A stretch of DNA of 63,998 nucleotides, counting the filler, from Candidatus Babelota bacterium (GTDB taxonomy: Bacteria > JAGOBX01): assembly GCA_017999075.1 (NCBI GenBank). It is 8 parts of 8 records of this genome, joined end to end, with 100 filler letters (N's around TTAATTAATTAA, not from the genome) between each part and the next. Parts side by side here need not be neighbours in the genome. Positions count along the whole stretch, not along the records: positions 19,354 to 35,061 come from JAGOBX010000022.1; 7 more parts are not named here. One strand, given 5' to 3'. Shown here piece after piece: positions 21,039 to 30,837 of the stretch; the first letter of the stretch is position 1; each line of letters starts with the position of its first letter. Made by a program: the position numbers and the translations under genes. Below the pieces are notes generated by a model, which saw only the letters and a list, made by a program, of their open reading frames with translations, had not been told where the DNA came from and searched no databases.

Positions 21039-22373
21039 ATGCTGGATTCTTTTGAAAATTTTAAAAATAAAGCTTTGCGACAAAAAACAATTTCTGTTTG
21101 GGGTTTAGGTTATTTGGGATATACAACAATTTTACTGCTTCAAAAAAACGGATTTAAAGTTAATGTGTTTGATTTTAATGGCGAAAGAATGGAATTATTG
21201 AAAAAAAATAAATACCCTGAACTATCTCAAATTAAAAGTTGGTCAATGCTTTCGAATTGCCCTGCTCTTGATATAAGTAAAATTACAATTGTTAATGATA
21301 TAAAAGAAATGTTTAATACAAATATTCATTTAGTAGCGATTCCTAATGAGAATACGAATTTAAAAATTCAAAATCAATATTCTGAAATAGCTGATATCTT
21401 TGGTCAGAATTTTTTTGAAAATCAAGATGAAAAAAATTTGATAATTTTTCTTTCTGCCTCTTTTCCTAATAGCATAAAGGAACTTTTTATAGAAAAAATG
21501 AAAGATTCCAATAATATTATAATTGCGGCTGCATTTAGAAATGATTGGACCATAGAAAAATTTTTTGCTGATGATTATAAATATTTTGCGGCGGCAGATG
21601 ATGAAAAAAATTTAGATTACATAAGATTTTTCTTCAAAATAATGCGGTCGGAAAATTTTATATTATTTGACAATATTAAAGAATGTGAATTAAATGAAAA
21701 TTTGCGGAAAGTTTTAGAATGGGGGATTTCATCTCTTTGCAATCAGATTATGTTTGCTTTTCCAAAAGTAAACATCAAAAAAATCACAAAATCAGTATTA
21801 AAAAATATGGATTTAGAAAATATACTTATAAAAATAAGTTTAGGTGGATATAAATATCCGATGGCAGTCCGTAATATTTTCAAAAGTGCCGAACATCCGG
21901 AAATATTGACTATTTTAAAGGAAATACAATCTGCTGAGTTATCAGAAATTTTACAATTTGTTGAGTTTACCAAAAAGAATAATATTAAAAATGCTGCTAT
22001 TTTAGGTATAACTACTTATTCCAATAAAAAGGAAATAGAATATTCAACGTCTGTTATACTTGCAGAAGCCTTAAATAATGCAGGTATAAATGTATTTATT
22101 AATGATCCCTTATATTCAAAAAAAGAAATAAATGAATTATTTCCTGATTATAATTATTTTAATATTGATAAACAGATGCATAAAATAGAAATTTTATTTT
22201 TAATGACTTCGCATAAAGAATATGCATTTTACACACAAAAGGATTTAGATGAGTTTATAACTGACAAAATTTCTTATATTGTTGATAATGTGGGGTTGTG
22301 GGAAAATATGTCTTTTTCGGATTCTGTATCATATTATAGTATAGGAACCGGTAATTTAGATATTTTAAAATAG
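21039..22373 (+). CDS. UDP-glucose/GDP-mannose dehydrogenase-like protein, divergent active site
   Basis: GLGYLG Rossmann motif; C-terminal AILGIT...NDP...MTSHKEY...IVDNVGLW; catalytic K and C motifs not recognisable. Confidence 0.7.
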   Translation: MLDSFENFKNKALRQKTISVWGLGYLGYTTILLLQKNGFKVNVFDFNGERMELLKKNKYPELSQIKSWSMLSNCPALDISKITIVNDIKEMFNTNIHLVAIPNENTNLKIQNQYSEIADIFGQNFFENQDEKNLIIFLSASFPNSIKELFIEKMKDSNNIIIAAAFRNDWTIEKFFADDYKYFAAADDEKNLDYIRFFFKIMRSENFILFDNIKECELNENLRKVLEWGISSLCNQIMFAFPKVNIKKITKSVLKNMDLENILIKISLGGYKYPMAVRNIFKSAEHPEILTILKEIQSAELSEILQFVEFTKKNNIKNAAILGITTYSNKKEIEYSTSVILAEALNNAGINVFINDPLYSKKEINELFPDYNYFNIDKQMHKIEILFLMTSHKEYAFYTQKDLDEFITDKISYIVDNVGLWENMSFSDSVSYYSIGTGNLDILK

Positions 22374-22381
22374 AGTTAAAA

Positions 22382-24061
22382 ATGTGCGGAATAGCTGGGA
22401 TAATAGATTATAATAATTATTTTGAAAGTACGGATAATTTAGTTCGAAATATGTTGCTTAAAATCCGTCACCGCGGACCTAATCAGTCCGGGATAAAACA
22501 ATATGCTAAAATCGTTTTAGGAATGAACAGATTAAGTATAATTGATAATAAAGAACACGATATACCGTATAATTCAATAGATGATAAATATGCGATAGTT
22601 TATAATGGTGAAATTTATAACTATAAACAAATATTTAATAATTTGAATAATGAATATAAAATAAAATTGAATTCGGATGCCGAAGCAGTTTTGTATAGTT
22701 ATATCAAATATGGCACAAAAGCATTTAAAGATTATAACGGCATGTATACTTTTGCCATCTATGATTCAGTTGCTGAAAAGGTAATCATTGCACGGGATAA
22801 AACCGGAGAAAAACCATTATATTATGCTTGTGCTCACAATTATTTTATTTTTTCTAGTGAAGCAAAAGCTTTGCTGGAAATAATCAAACCGGAAATAAAC
22901 AAAAATTGTTTAACATATCAGGCTTATGAATTTTGTGCTGAAAAAGAAACATTGTTTAAAAATATTTATCAATTAGAGCCAGGAGAATATATTGAAATTG
23001 ATATAAGAAAGAAAAATTTTAATATAAGCAGTTATTGGAAAATCTGGGATAATTTATATGAAGTAAATGATGATTATAGTTATATAAAAAAGAAGTTAAC
23101 TGAACTTTTAGAAGATGCAATTTTGTTAAGAACAGAAAATAAAATTGATAATCACGGGGTTCTAGTAAGCGGCGGGTTGGATAGCGCTATTGTAGCTGCT
23201 ATATCAAAACCCGAATATATTTATACATGTCATTATGATATAGGTCCTGATTATGATGAACTTGAATATGCTAAAATACTGGCGGATCATTTAAAAAAAG
23301 AACTGATAATAATTACTCCGTCACCTGGTGATTTTAAAAGAACTAAAGATAAAATAGCCTATTATTTGGATACGCCTTGTACCTGGACTTCATTCAGTTT
23401 GTGGATGCTTCTTGAGAGAATATCAAAAGATGTTAAAATTTTGCTGAGTGGCGATGGCGCTGATGAATTATTCTCTGGTTATTATAGATATCTTCTTTTG
23501 TACCATGATGAACAAATTAAACAATTAAAATCTATGAAACAGTATTCCTACTTAATAAGTCAGTATTATGGTTCAGCAGTAAAAAGATATGCTAAATTAG
23601 TAAACAGATGTGAAAATTTAATGGATAAAAATGTAAGTAATTATCTAATAGATAGCATAGGTTTTTATTTTGATAAAATGAATGATGACATAATTCATTC
23701 TATGGGGGTAACAGATTATTATACTACAATGCAGGTGAATCTCCAAATGGCGGACAGATTAAATATGGCTTTTTCAATGGAAAACCGTTCTCCGTTTTTA
23801 GATTACCGGATAGTTCAATTTGCATTCAGTATCCCGTCAAAATATAAAATAAATAATGGGATAACAAAATATATTCTGAAAGATATTTCACGTAGTTTGA
23901 TTCCGGATGTAATAATAGACAGGATTGACAAAAGGGGTTTCAGCGCACCGCTTAACCGCTGGTTTGGATGGGATAAATATGGTAAATACGATAGATCGGC
24001 ATATAAGAATGTTGTATTTCAGGACTGGAAAACTATTTATGGAATAAAGGGTAATATATGA
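22382..24061 (+). CDS. asnB: Asparagine synthase-like glutamine-dependent amidotransferase (WbpS/WbqG-like sugar amidation likely)
   Basis: MCGIAG, HRGP, RLSIID, NGEIYN, SGGLDS, SGDGADELF, ENRSPFLD, KRGF. Confidence 0.93.
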   Translation: MCGIAGIIDYNNYFESTDNLVRNMLLKIRHRGPNQSGIKQYAKIVLGMNRLSIIDNKEHDIPYNSIDDKYAIVYNGEIYNYKQIFNNLNNEYKIKLNSDAEAVLYSYIKYGTKAFKDYNGMYTFAIYDSVAEKVIIARDKTGEKPLYYACAHNYFIFSSEAKALLEIIKPEINKNCLTYQAYEFCAEKETLFKNIYQLEPGEYIEIDIRKKNFNISSYWKIWDNLYEVNDDYSYIKKKLTELLEDAILLRTENKIDNHGVLVSGGLDSAIVAAISKPEYIYTCHYDIGPDYDELEYAKILADHLKKELIIITPSPGDFKRTKDKIAYYLDTPCTWTSFSLWMLLERISKDVKILLSGDGADELFSGYYRYLLLYHDEQIKQLKSMKQYSYLISQYYGSAVKRYAKLVNRCENLMDKNVSNYLIDSIGFYFDKMNDDIIHSMGVTDYYTTMQVNLQMADRLNMAFSMENRSPFLDYRIVQFAFSIPSKYKINNGITKYILKDISRSLIPDVIIDRIDKRGFSAPLNRWFGWDKYGKYDRSAYKNVVFQDWKTIYGIKGNI

Positions 24062-26694
24062 GTTTCAATAATCATTCTTTAATTGAAATTTTAAATAGGA
24101 ATAGGTGCTCTAATGATACATGGCTTACAATATATAAAGGTTCAATCGCAGAGGATTATTCATATAAGGATATATGCAGTAGAATAAATGACTATATACA
24201 TTATTATGATTATTTAAATATTGAAAAAAACGAGCTTGTTTTAATAATTTTAAAAGAGTCAATTGATTTGTTTGGAGCTTTTATTGCCGGTATTTTATAC
24301 GGAATTTTACCTGCTTTTTTTGCATACCCTTCAGAAAAACAAAACAAAAGTGTTTTTTTAGAATCGTTGAATAATTTGTTTAGTTATAATAAAATACATT
24401 ATATTGTAACTTATTCCGAATTAGCAGTTTTATTGGAAACTCAACAGTTAAACTATAATACTAAAATAATTTTATATGAAAAAGTAAAATACAGTCATAA
24501 TGATTGCCTTGATAATAATCTGAATGAAAATACGGGGAATTTTTTACAATTCACTTCCGGAACCACGAATCACAAGAAGGGGGTTAAATTATCGCTGAAA
24601 TCATTAATGAATCAGATAAATGCATATGAGAAGCATCTTTCTTTAAATAAAAAAAGTAAAATAATTTCATGGTTGCCGCATTATCATGATATGGGATTAA
24701 TTTCGTGTATGCTTTTGCCGCTGATAAAAAATATACCTCTTATAATGATGTCGCCATTTGACTGGGTTAAACGTCCTCAATTATTATTTGAAGGTATTAC
24801 AAGATACAAAGCGACACATTTATGGCTGCCTAATTTTGCGCTTGCGCATCTTGCTAAAAGTATAAATGATTCGGAAATAAAAAAATATGATTTAAGCTCA
24901 GTTGAATTTTTAACATGCTGCTCTGAACCATTGTCATATAACACAGTATTTAATTTTATAAATAAATTTTCTGAAACCGGAATTACAGCAGATAAAATTT
25001 ATAATTGCTATGCTATGGCTGAAAACACATTCGCCATGACTTCGACTTCAAGAGAAAATCTGTGTTTCACTGATTTTCAGGGAAAAAAATTTTTTATAAA
25101 AGATTTAAAAAAAATAATTGATGTCAAATTATTCGCAAGCGTTGGTATTAAATTGGATAATATTAAAATTAAACTTATTGATAATTATAATAAAGAAATT
25201 AATAGCGATGGAATTCAAGGCAACATTTTAATTCAAAGTGATTGTATGCTTTCGGAATATCACAATAATCCTGAAGAAACACAAAAATCCTTTATTGACG
25301 GCTGGTTTTCGACAGGTGATATCGGTTACTGGCTGGATAATGAATTATATATCTGCGGCCGAAAAAAAGATATGATCATTGTTGCAGGCGAAAATATTTT
25401 TCCTGAAGATATTGAAACAATATTGAATGAACATCAGGGATTTATTCCGGGGCGAAATGTTGTGTTCGGCGTATTCGATGATAATATAGGAACTGAGAGA
25501 ATTATTATACTAGCTGAAACCAGCGAAAAAAATAATGTTGATATTTTAAAGTTGAAAAAAGTTATTTTTGACAGACTGAATATTTCAGTTTTTGAATTTA
25601 TTTTATTGCCGCATATGACTTTGAGAAAAGGGACTGCGGGAAAAATATCGAGATATTTAAATAAACAATTCTATCTTGAAGGAAAGTATGATGAGTACAG
25701 GCACCACCTCCTAAATACATCAGAATTTAATATTGAAGAAAATGGAGATTTTTCAGAATTAAAAAAATATATTTTAGAAATTATTCCGGATATTAATTTC
25801 CGGAACAATACAAAACTTTTTACCTCAGGAATTATGGATTCATTTTCATTTCCTGTTCTGATTTTAAAATTGGAAGAAATTTATAGTATAAAAATTCCGG
25901 AAACGTTATTATCTGTGGATAATTTTGATAGTTTGGAAAAAATCACTGAGACAATAAAACTAATAAAAAATAATAGTTCTGCTAAACTGAATTTTGATAT
26001 ATTAGATAATAATGCGGAAGACTATTCGGAATCTTATAAAAAATTATGCGACAGACTTTCGCCGCCGGGAGAAGTGTATAATCTAATTGAAAAAATGATA
26101 AATAATTTCCCTTTACATGTCAGTAAATTTTATTGCTGTATGTTTAAACTTTTGGGAATAAAAATTGGAAATAATGTTAAATTTTTAGGAAGCGTAAAAA
26201 TAAAAATTCGAGGGAAGGCAGAGAATATTATTATAGGAAATAATGTTATTATTGGAGATAATGTTGATTTTAGAAATCGTGAAAATGGTAAAATTATTTT
26301 AAAAGATAATGTTTCATTGGATAATAATGTGAGAATTGTAGCTGCCAGGGAAGGTAGTGTTGAGATAGGAAAAGGCAGCGGATTAGGGGCCAATTGTGTT
26401 ATAAATTCAGGTGGTAAGGTTAAAATAGGTGAATTTACAATGATCGCTGGAAATGTAAATATAAATTCGTCAAGTCATGGAACTGACAAGAACAGTTATC
26501 TGATGATACAGCCGCATCGCCATGGTTCTGTATCAATTGGAAATGATGTCTGGATAGGAAGCAACGCATCTGTACTAATTAATTCTGAAGTTGGTGATGG
26601 CGCTGTAATATCCAGTAATTCATTAGTGTCAGGGAAAGTTCCTTCATTTTCTGTTTTTGCAGGTGTTCCTGCGAAATTTATTAGAAAAAGATAA
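24058..26694 (+). CDS. Acyl-AMP ligase (FAAL-like A domain) + acyl carrier domain + hexapeptide (LbH) acyltransferase fusion
   Basis: FTSGTT..KKG, WLPHYHDMGLI, YAMAE, TGDIG, GRKKDMII; carrier motif GIMDSF; hexapeptide repeats ending IGNDVWIG...GVPAKFI. Confidence 0.88.
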   Translation: MSFNNHSLIEILNRNRCSNDTWLTIYKGSIAEDYSYKDICSRINDYIHYYDYLNIEKNELVLIILKESIDLFGAFIAGILYGILPAFFAYPSEKQNKSVFLESLNNLFSYNKIHYIVTYSELAVLLETQQLNYNTKIILYEKVKYSHNDCLDNNLNENTGNFLQFTSGTTNHKKGVKLSLKSLMNQINAYEKHLSLNKKSKIISWLPHYHDMGLISCMLLPLIKNIPLIMMSPFDWVKRPQLLFEGITRYKATHLWLPNFALAHLAKSINDSEIKKYDLSSVEFLTCCSEPLSYNTVFNFINKFSETGITADKIYNCYAMAENTFAMTSTSRENLCFTDFQGKKFFIKDLKKIIDVKLFASVGIKLDNIKIKLIDNYNKEINSDGIQGNILIQSDCMLSEYHNNPEETQKSFIDGWFSTGDIGYWLDNELYICGRKKDMIIVAGENIFPEDIETILNEHQGFIPGRNVVFGVFDDNIGTERIIILAETSEKNNVDILKLKKVIFDRLNISVFEFILLPHMTLRKGTAGKISRYLNKQFYLEGKYDEYRHHLLNTSEFNIEENGDFSELKKYILEIIPDINFRNNTKLFTSGIMDSFSFPVLILKLEEIYSIKIPETLLSVDNFDSLEKITETIKLIKNNSSAKLNFDILDNNAEDYSESYKKLCDRLSPPGEVYNLIEKMINNFPLHVSKFYCCMFKLLGIKIGNNVKFLGSVKIKIRGKAENIIIGNNVIIGDNVDFRNRENGKIILKDNVSLDNNVRIVAAREGSVEIGKGSGLGANCVINSGGKVKIGEFTMIAGNVNINSSSHGTDKNSYLMIQPHRHGSVSIGNDVWIGSNASVLINSEVGDGAVISSNSLVSGKVPSFSVFAGVPAKFIRKR

Positions 26695-26714
26695 ATATAT
26701 TGATGGAGAATAAA

Positions 26715-27068
26715 ATGAAAACAGATTTAAAACAAAAACCGCGGAAATTCAAATTAAAAGATACTGTAATAAAAGATTATGGAAAAATTTTTCTTGAAAA
26801 TGGTGAAATGGTTTCATTTGTTACTAAAAGCGGGAAAGAATGTGATTTTAATGCATTTGACTGGGGTTTTTATTTAGGCCCGTCTCTTAATGGAAGATTG
26901 AAAAATGAAGGTTTTAAAACCGCATTAGTTCTTAATGAAGCTGGAAGAATTTATATCAATGCTGTTGAGAAAGAAAAAATTGAAGAATTTAAAAAGTATT
27001 TGACGACTAACCAAAACAATAAAATATTATGCTGGCTGGATGAATGGCTGGCTGATAGCAATAATTAA
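26715..27068 (+). CDS. Conserved hypothetical protein in glycan-modification cluster
   Basis: GGAG RBS before ATG 26715; conserved-looking WGFYLGPSLNGRL motif; tightly packed in the operon. Confidence 0.7.
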   Translation: MKTDLKQKPRKFKLKDTVIKDYGKIFLENGEMVSFVTKSGKECDFNAFDWGFYLGPSLNGRLKNEGFKTALVLNEAGRIYINAVEKEKIEEFKKYLTTNQNNKILCWLDEWLADSNN

Positions 27069-27095
27069 AAACAAATTTAAAAATTGGAGGATGAA

Positions 27096-28226
27096 ATGAA
27101 GTTTTGTAAAAAATGTGTTTTACCTGACACGCGCCCGGGAGTTGAATTAAATGAAGATGGTATTTGTTATGCTTGCATTGGCGCAGCAGAAAAAAAAGAA
27201 GAAATTGACTGGGCAGCAAGAGAACAGGAATTAATAAAAATTTTGAATGAAAATAAAAGTAAAGATTCGGGATGGGATTGCATTGTTCCAGTGAGTGGGG
27301 GTAAAGATAGTACGTGGCAGATTTATAATATTAAAAAACGATATAACTTAAATCCCCTTGCTTTAACCTATAAAGCTCCATGCAGAAATTCTCTGGGGGC
27401 GAAAAATTTACAGAATTTAATCAATATTGGAGTCGATCATATTGATTTTACTGTAAACCCGAAAGTTGAAAAACGTTTTATGCTAAAAGCATTGGAAGAA
27501 AAAGGAGCTGTCGCGTTATTAATACATATGATATGTTGGGCGTTGGCATTAAAATTTGCTGTAAAGTTTGGAATAAAACTTGTTGTATGGGGTGAAAATA
27601 CAGGTTTGGAATACGGCGGCAATAAGAATGATAGAGAAAATCCGTATTTGAATCATGAATGGATGCGGAAATTTGGTGGAATGAATGATACTTTTGCAGA
27701 AGACTGGATTGGCGAAGACTTGACAAAACAGGATATGTATCCGTTTATTATTCCGTCAGATGAAGAACTGAAAAAAGCGCAGGTGAGTTCTCTGTTTTTA
27801 GGTTGGTTTTTAAAATGGGATCCGCTGGAAGTTGCAGAATTTTCTAAAAATGTGGGTTTTAGCTGGGCTGATAAACCCACTATTGGATATTATCCGTTTT
27901 GTGATCTTGATGATGATTTAATTGTAATGCACCATTTTTTTAAATGGCCTAAATTCGGAATAACAAGGATGTGGGATAATTTAGCGATTGAAATTAGAAA
28001 CGAAAGAATGACACGGACTGAAGCTGTTAATTATATAAAAAATAATCCTGAACCTTTACCTGAATATAACATAAACGCTTTATGTAATTATCTTGAAATA
28101 TCAAGAGAAAGGTTCTGGGAGATTGTTGAATCGCATAGGAATAAAAAAATCTGGCATAAAGAGAATGGTAAATGGATTTTACCTGCTGTGATTGAAGAAT
28201 TCGGATTTATGCCTGAAATATATTGA
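27096..28226 (+). CDS. N-acetyl sugar amidotransferase (WbuX/PseA/WbpG-like PP-loop)
   Basis: CKKCVLPDTRP, CYAC, PP-loop VSGGKDS, WGEN, EYGG, KFG.TR; GGAGG RBS. Confidence 0.92.
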   Translation: MKFCKKCVLPDTRPGVELNEDGICYACIGAAEKKEEIDWAAREQELIKILNENKSKDSGWDCIVPVSGGKDSTWQIYNIKKRYNLNPLALTYKAPCRNSLGAKNLQNLINIGVDHIDFTVNPKVEKRFMLKALEEKGAVALLIHMICWALALKFAVKFGIKLVVWGENTGLEYGGNKNDRENPYLNHEWMRKFGGMNDTFAEDWIGEDLTKQDMYPFIIPSDEELKKAQVSSLFLGWFLKWDPLEVAEFSKNVGFSWADKPTIGYYPFCDLDDDLIVMHHFFKWPKFGITRMWDNLAIEIRNERMTRTEAVNYIKNNPEPLPEYNINALCNYLEISRERFWEIVESHRNKKIWHKENGKWILPAVIEEFGFMPEIY

Positions 28227-28301
28227 AACTTTAATAATTTCAATTTTCAGGTTGAACACACAGTCCTATATATAAATTGTTTTAAAACGTATTGCATTAT
28301 T

Positions 28302-30128
28302 ATGAATATAATTTTTAGAGCCGATACAGGGATTGATATAGGAATAGGCGATTTGTTATCCTGTATTAATTTAGGAATGACACTGGAAAAATATGGTCAT
28401 AAATGCGTATATCTGGTAAGAGACTCAGTTTCTTCAATTCAGTTACTTGAACGATATGACTTTGAATACGAAATAATGTCTTTGAAAATGTCGATAAAAC
28501 AAGAATGTGTTTTTATTGAAGAAAAATGTAAACAGTACAGCGCGGATGTCCTAATATTGGAAATCACACGGAATAGTTATAATGAATATCAATTTTCGGC
28601 GAAACCTGCACGGGTATTAGCGGCTATTGATTTTCAGGGAAGCGCTGACAGCAGATTTGATTTGATAGTGAACTGGGAAATTAATTCTAATTTGTTATAC
28701 AATGAAAAAAAATTTCCATCTACAAATTTTCTTCTTGGACCCGATAAGGTTATACTGTCTGATGAGATTTGCAGTTTTCGGCAATACAATAAAAATGTGG
28801 AAAAACCAGGGATTGAATCTGAAAAATTAAAAGTTTTAATAACATTTGGCGGTTCTGATTCTGTTGATTCAACTTCCAAGATGTTAAAAAGTTTGAGTCG
28901 AATTTCAAGCAATCTTGAAATTAAAGTTATTATTGGTGATGCTAATGTAAATTTGGAATCTGTTAAAAAAAATGTTGAATTGTTGAATCATAAAATTGAA
29001 ATTTTGCCGTCACAGAAAAGTATTGTTTATTTGTTGAATTGGTGCGATATTATAATTTGCGCAGGCGGTCTTACAGTATCTGAAGTTGTTGCGTTAAGAA
29101 AATCTGCAGTTGTGATTGCTAACTGTGAACATCAGATTCCGAGATGTGAGTATTTTTATAAAATGAATTTGATATCATATCTGGGTTTTTGCGAGAATAT
29201 TGATTTCGAAAAATTGTATGATAATCAAAAGTTTGTCAGGATATTTAATGATTCAGAATACCGCAATAAACTATCTGAAGAATGTGCGGAAGCTTTTACT
29301 GCGTTTGGAGGTAATGAGCTTATACGATTTAATATAGAAAATTTGGGATTGCAGGCAGATAGAAATAATATTGAAAAGAAAAAATCTGTTGTGATTTTAT
29401 CTTTGAATTCGTTTCCTGGTCTGATTTCGAAGCTTGTTGAATCAGGATTTCGGGTTATTTGTTTATTTGTTGAAAATAAGTCAGAAAAACGCGTAGAAAA
29501 TGTGATAGATGAATTAAAAATGAAATCTGTTGAATTTCATTTTTATAATAAAAAGACTGCCGAAGAATTTTTGAGGGGAAATTGTCAGGAATATGATTAT
29601 TTGCTTAGTATGGGGTGGCCTTATATAATTTCTGAAGATATTGTTGAATTGTGGGAAGGCAGAGCATTCAATGTTCATCCTGCAGTGCTGCCGGATTATC
29701 CGGGATATTCGCCCGAATGGGAAGTTATATCCGCTGATGAATATGAACATGGTTTAACGTTTCATTTGCTTGATAAAAAAGCGGACACAGGGAAAATATT
29801 ATTTCAAAAAAGATTTCCTGTTGATATTACTTATAATGCTACTGATTTAAAAGAAAGCGCATTTAGAAAAATACCGGGGTTTGTTGCTGACTCAATGAAT
29901 AAGCTTTTAAGTTTAAATTTTGATACTATTGAGTTTCCTTTTAATGAAATTAAAAAATACTGTCCTCCGAGAAAACCTTCAGATAGTTTAATTGATGTTG
30001 AAAAAAAAATGATTGATATTGTCCCCGCTATAAGAGCGGCGGATACGAAAGCGTATCCCGCTTTTTTTTATTATAAAAATAAAAAGGTTAAAGTTAAATT
30101 TGAATATGCAGATCCAGATGAAAAATAA
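28302..30128 (+). CDS. PseG/SpsG-like GT-B nucleotide-sugar hydrolase fused to a C-terminal N10-formyl-THF formyltransferase
   Basis: FRAD...IGIG, ITFGGSD, ICAGG.T.SE, EHQ; then NVHPAVLPDYPG, G.TFH, DTG, IRA..YPAFF. Confidence 0.85.
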   Translation: MNIIFRADTGIDIGIGDLLSCINLGMTLEKYGHKCVYLVRDSVSSIQLLERYDFEYEIMSLKMSIKQECVFIEEKCKQYSADVLILEITRNSYNEYQFSAKPARVLAAIDFQGSADSRFDLIVNWEINSNLLYNEKKFPSTNFLLGPDKVILSDEICSFRQYNKNVEKPGIESEKLKVLITFGGSDSVDSTSKMLKSLSRISSNLEIKVIIGDANVNLESVKKNVELLNHKIEILPSQKSIVYLLNWCDIIICAGGLTVSEVVALRKSAVVIANCEHQIPRCEYFYKMNLISYLGFCENIDFEKLYDNQKFVRIFNDSEYRNKLSEECAEAFTAFGGNELIRFNIENLGLQADRNNIEKKKSVVILSLNSFPGLISKLVESGFRVICLFVENKSEKRVENVIDELKMKSVEFHFYNKKTAEEFLRGNCQEYDYLLSMGWPYIISEDIVELWEGRAFNVHPAVLPDYPGYSPEWEVISADEYEHGLTFHLLDKKADTGKILFQKRFPVDITYNATDLKESAFRKIPGFVADSMNKLLSLNFDTIEFPFNEIKKYCPPRKPSDSLIDVEKKMIDIVPAIRAADTKAYPAFFYYKNKKVKVKFEYADPDEK

Positions 30129-30822
30129 GCGTATAGTGATTTTACAACCGGCATATATTCCCTGGTTGGGATATTTTGAGCAGCTGGACATGGCAGATGT
30201 TTTTATTTTTCTTGATCATGTTCAATATACCAAAAGATGCTGGTATAATAGAAATTATATAACTGACAAACAGGGTAACAAAATATTATTGACGATACCG
30301 CTCCAGAATATTCATAGAAATACTTCGATTGAATTCACCGAACTCAATGAAGAACATAATGACTGGATTTGCAGGCATTTAAAAACTGTTAAACATAATT
30401 ATTGCAAAACAAGGTATTTTGATGAGGTTTATTCTCTCTTTGAAAAAGAGTTGAATAATAATTATAAATATTTGGGTGAATTGACTATAAGTATTATTGA
30501 GCGTATTTCTGAATATCTCGGTTATAATACACAGCTTTATAAAAGTTCGGATTTTGAATTTAATAATAAAAAAGAATATCTGATGCTGGAAATCTGCAGA
30601 AAATTTTCTGCAGATGTTTTGCTGACAGGAGAATCAGGAAAAGATTTATATGACTATGATTTTTTTATTTCAAACGGAATCAAGGTGGAATATCAAAAAT
30701 ATAAACACCCGGTTTATCAACAGCAGCATAAAAATTTTGTGCCTTATTTGAGTGTGATTGATTTACTGTTTAATTACGGAAAAAAATCAAGGGATATAAT
30801 TCGAACCGTGGTATCATATTAA
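30118..30822 (+). CDS. WbqC-family protein (putative glycyl/acyl transferase)
   Basis: QPAYIPWLGYF, DHVQY, WYNRN, HPVYQQ, LSVIDLLFNYG. Confidence 0.92.
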   Translation: MKNKRIVILQPAYIPWLGYFEQLDMADVFIFLDHVQYTKRCWYNRNYITDKQGNKILLTIPLQNIHRNTSIEFTELNEEHNDWICRHLKTVKHNYCKTRYFDEVYSLFEKELNNNYKYLGELTISIIERISEYLGYNTQLYKSSDFEFNNKKEYLMLEICRKFSADVLLTGESGKDLYDYDFFISNGIKVEYQKYKHPVYQQQHKNFVPYLSVIDLLFNYGKKSRDIIRTVVSY

Positions 30823-30837
30823 AAAGGAAGTGCAGAA

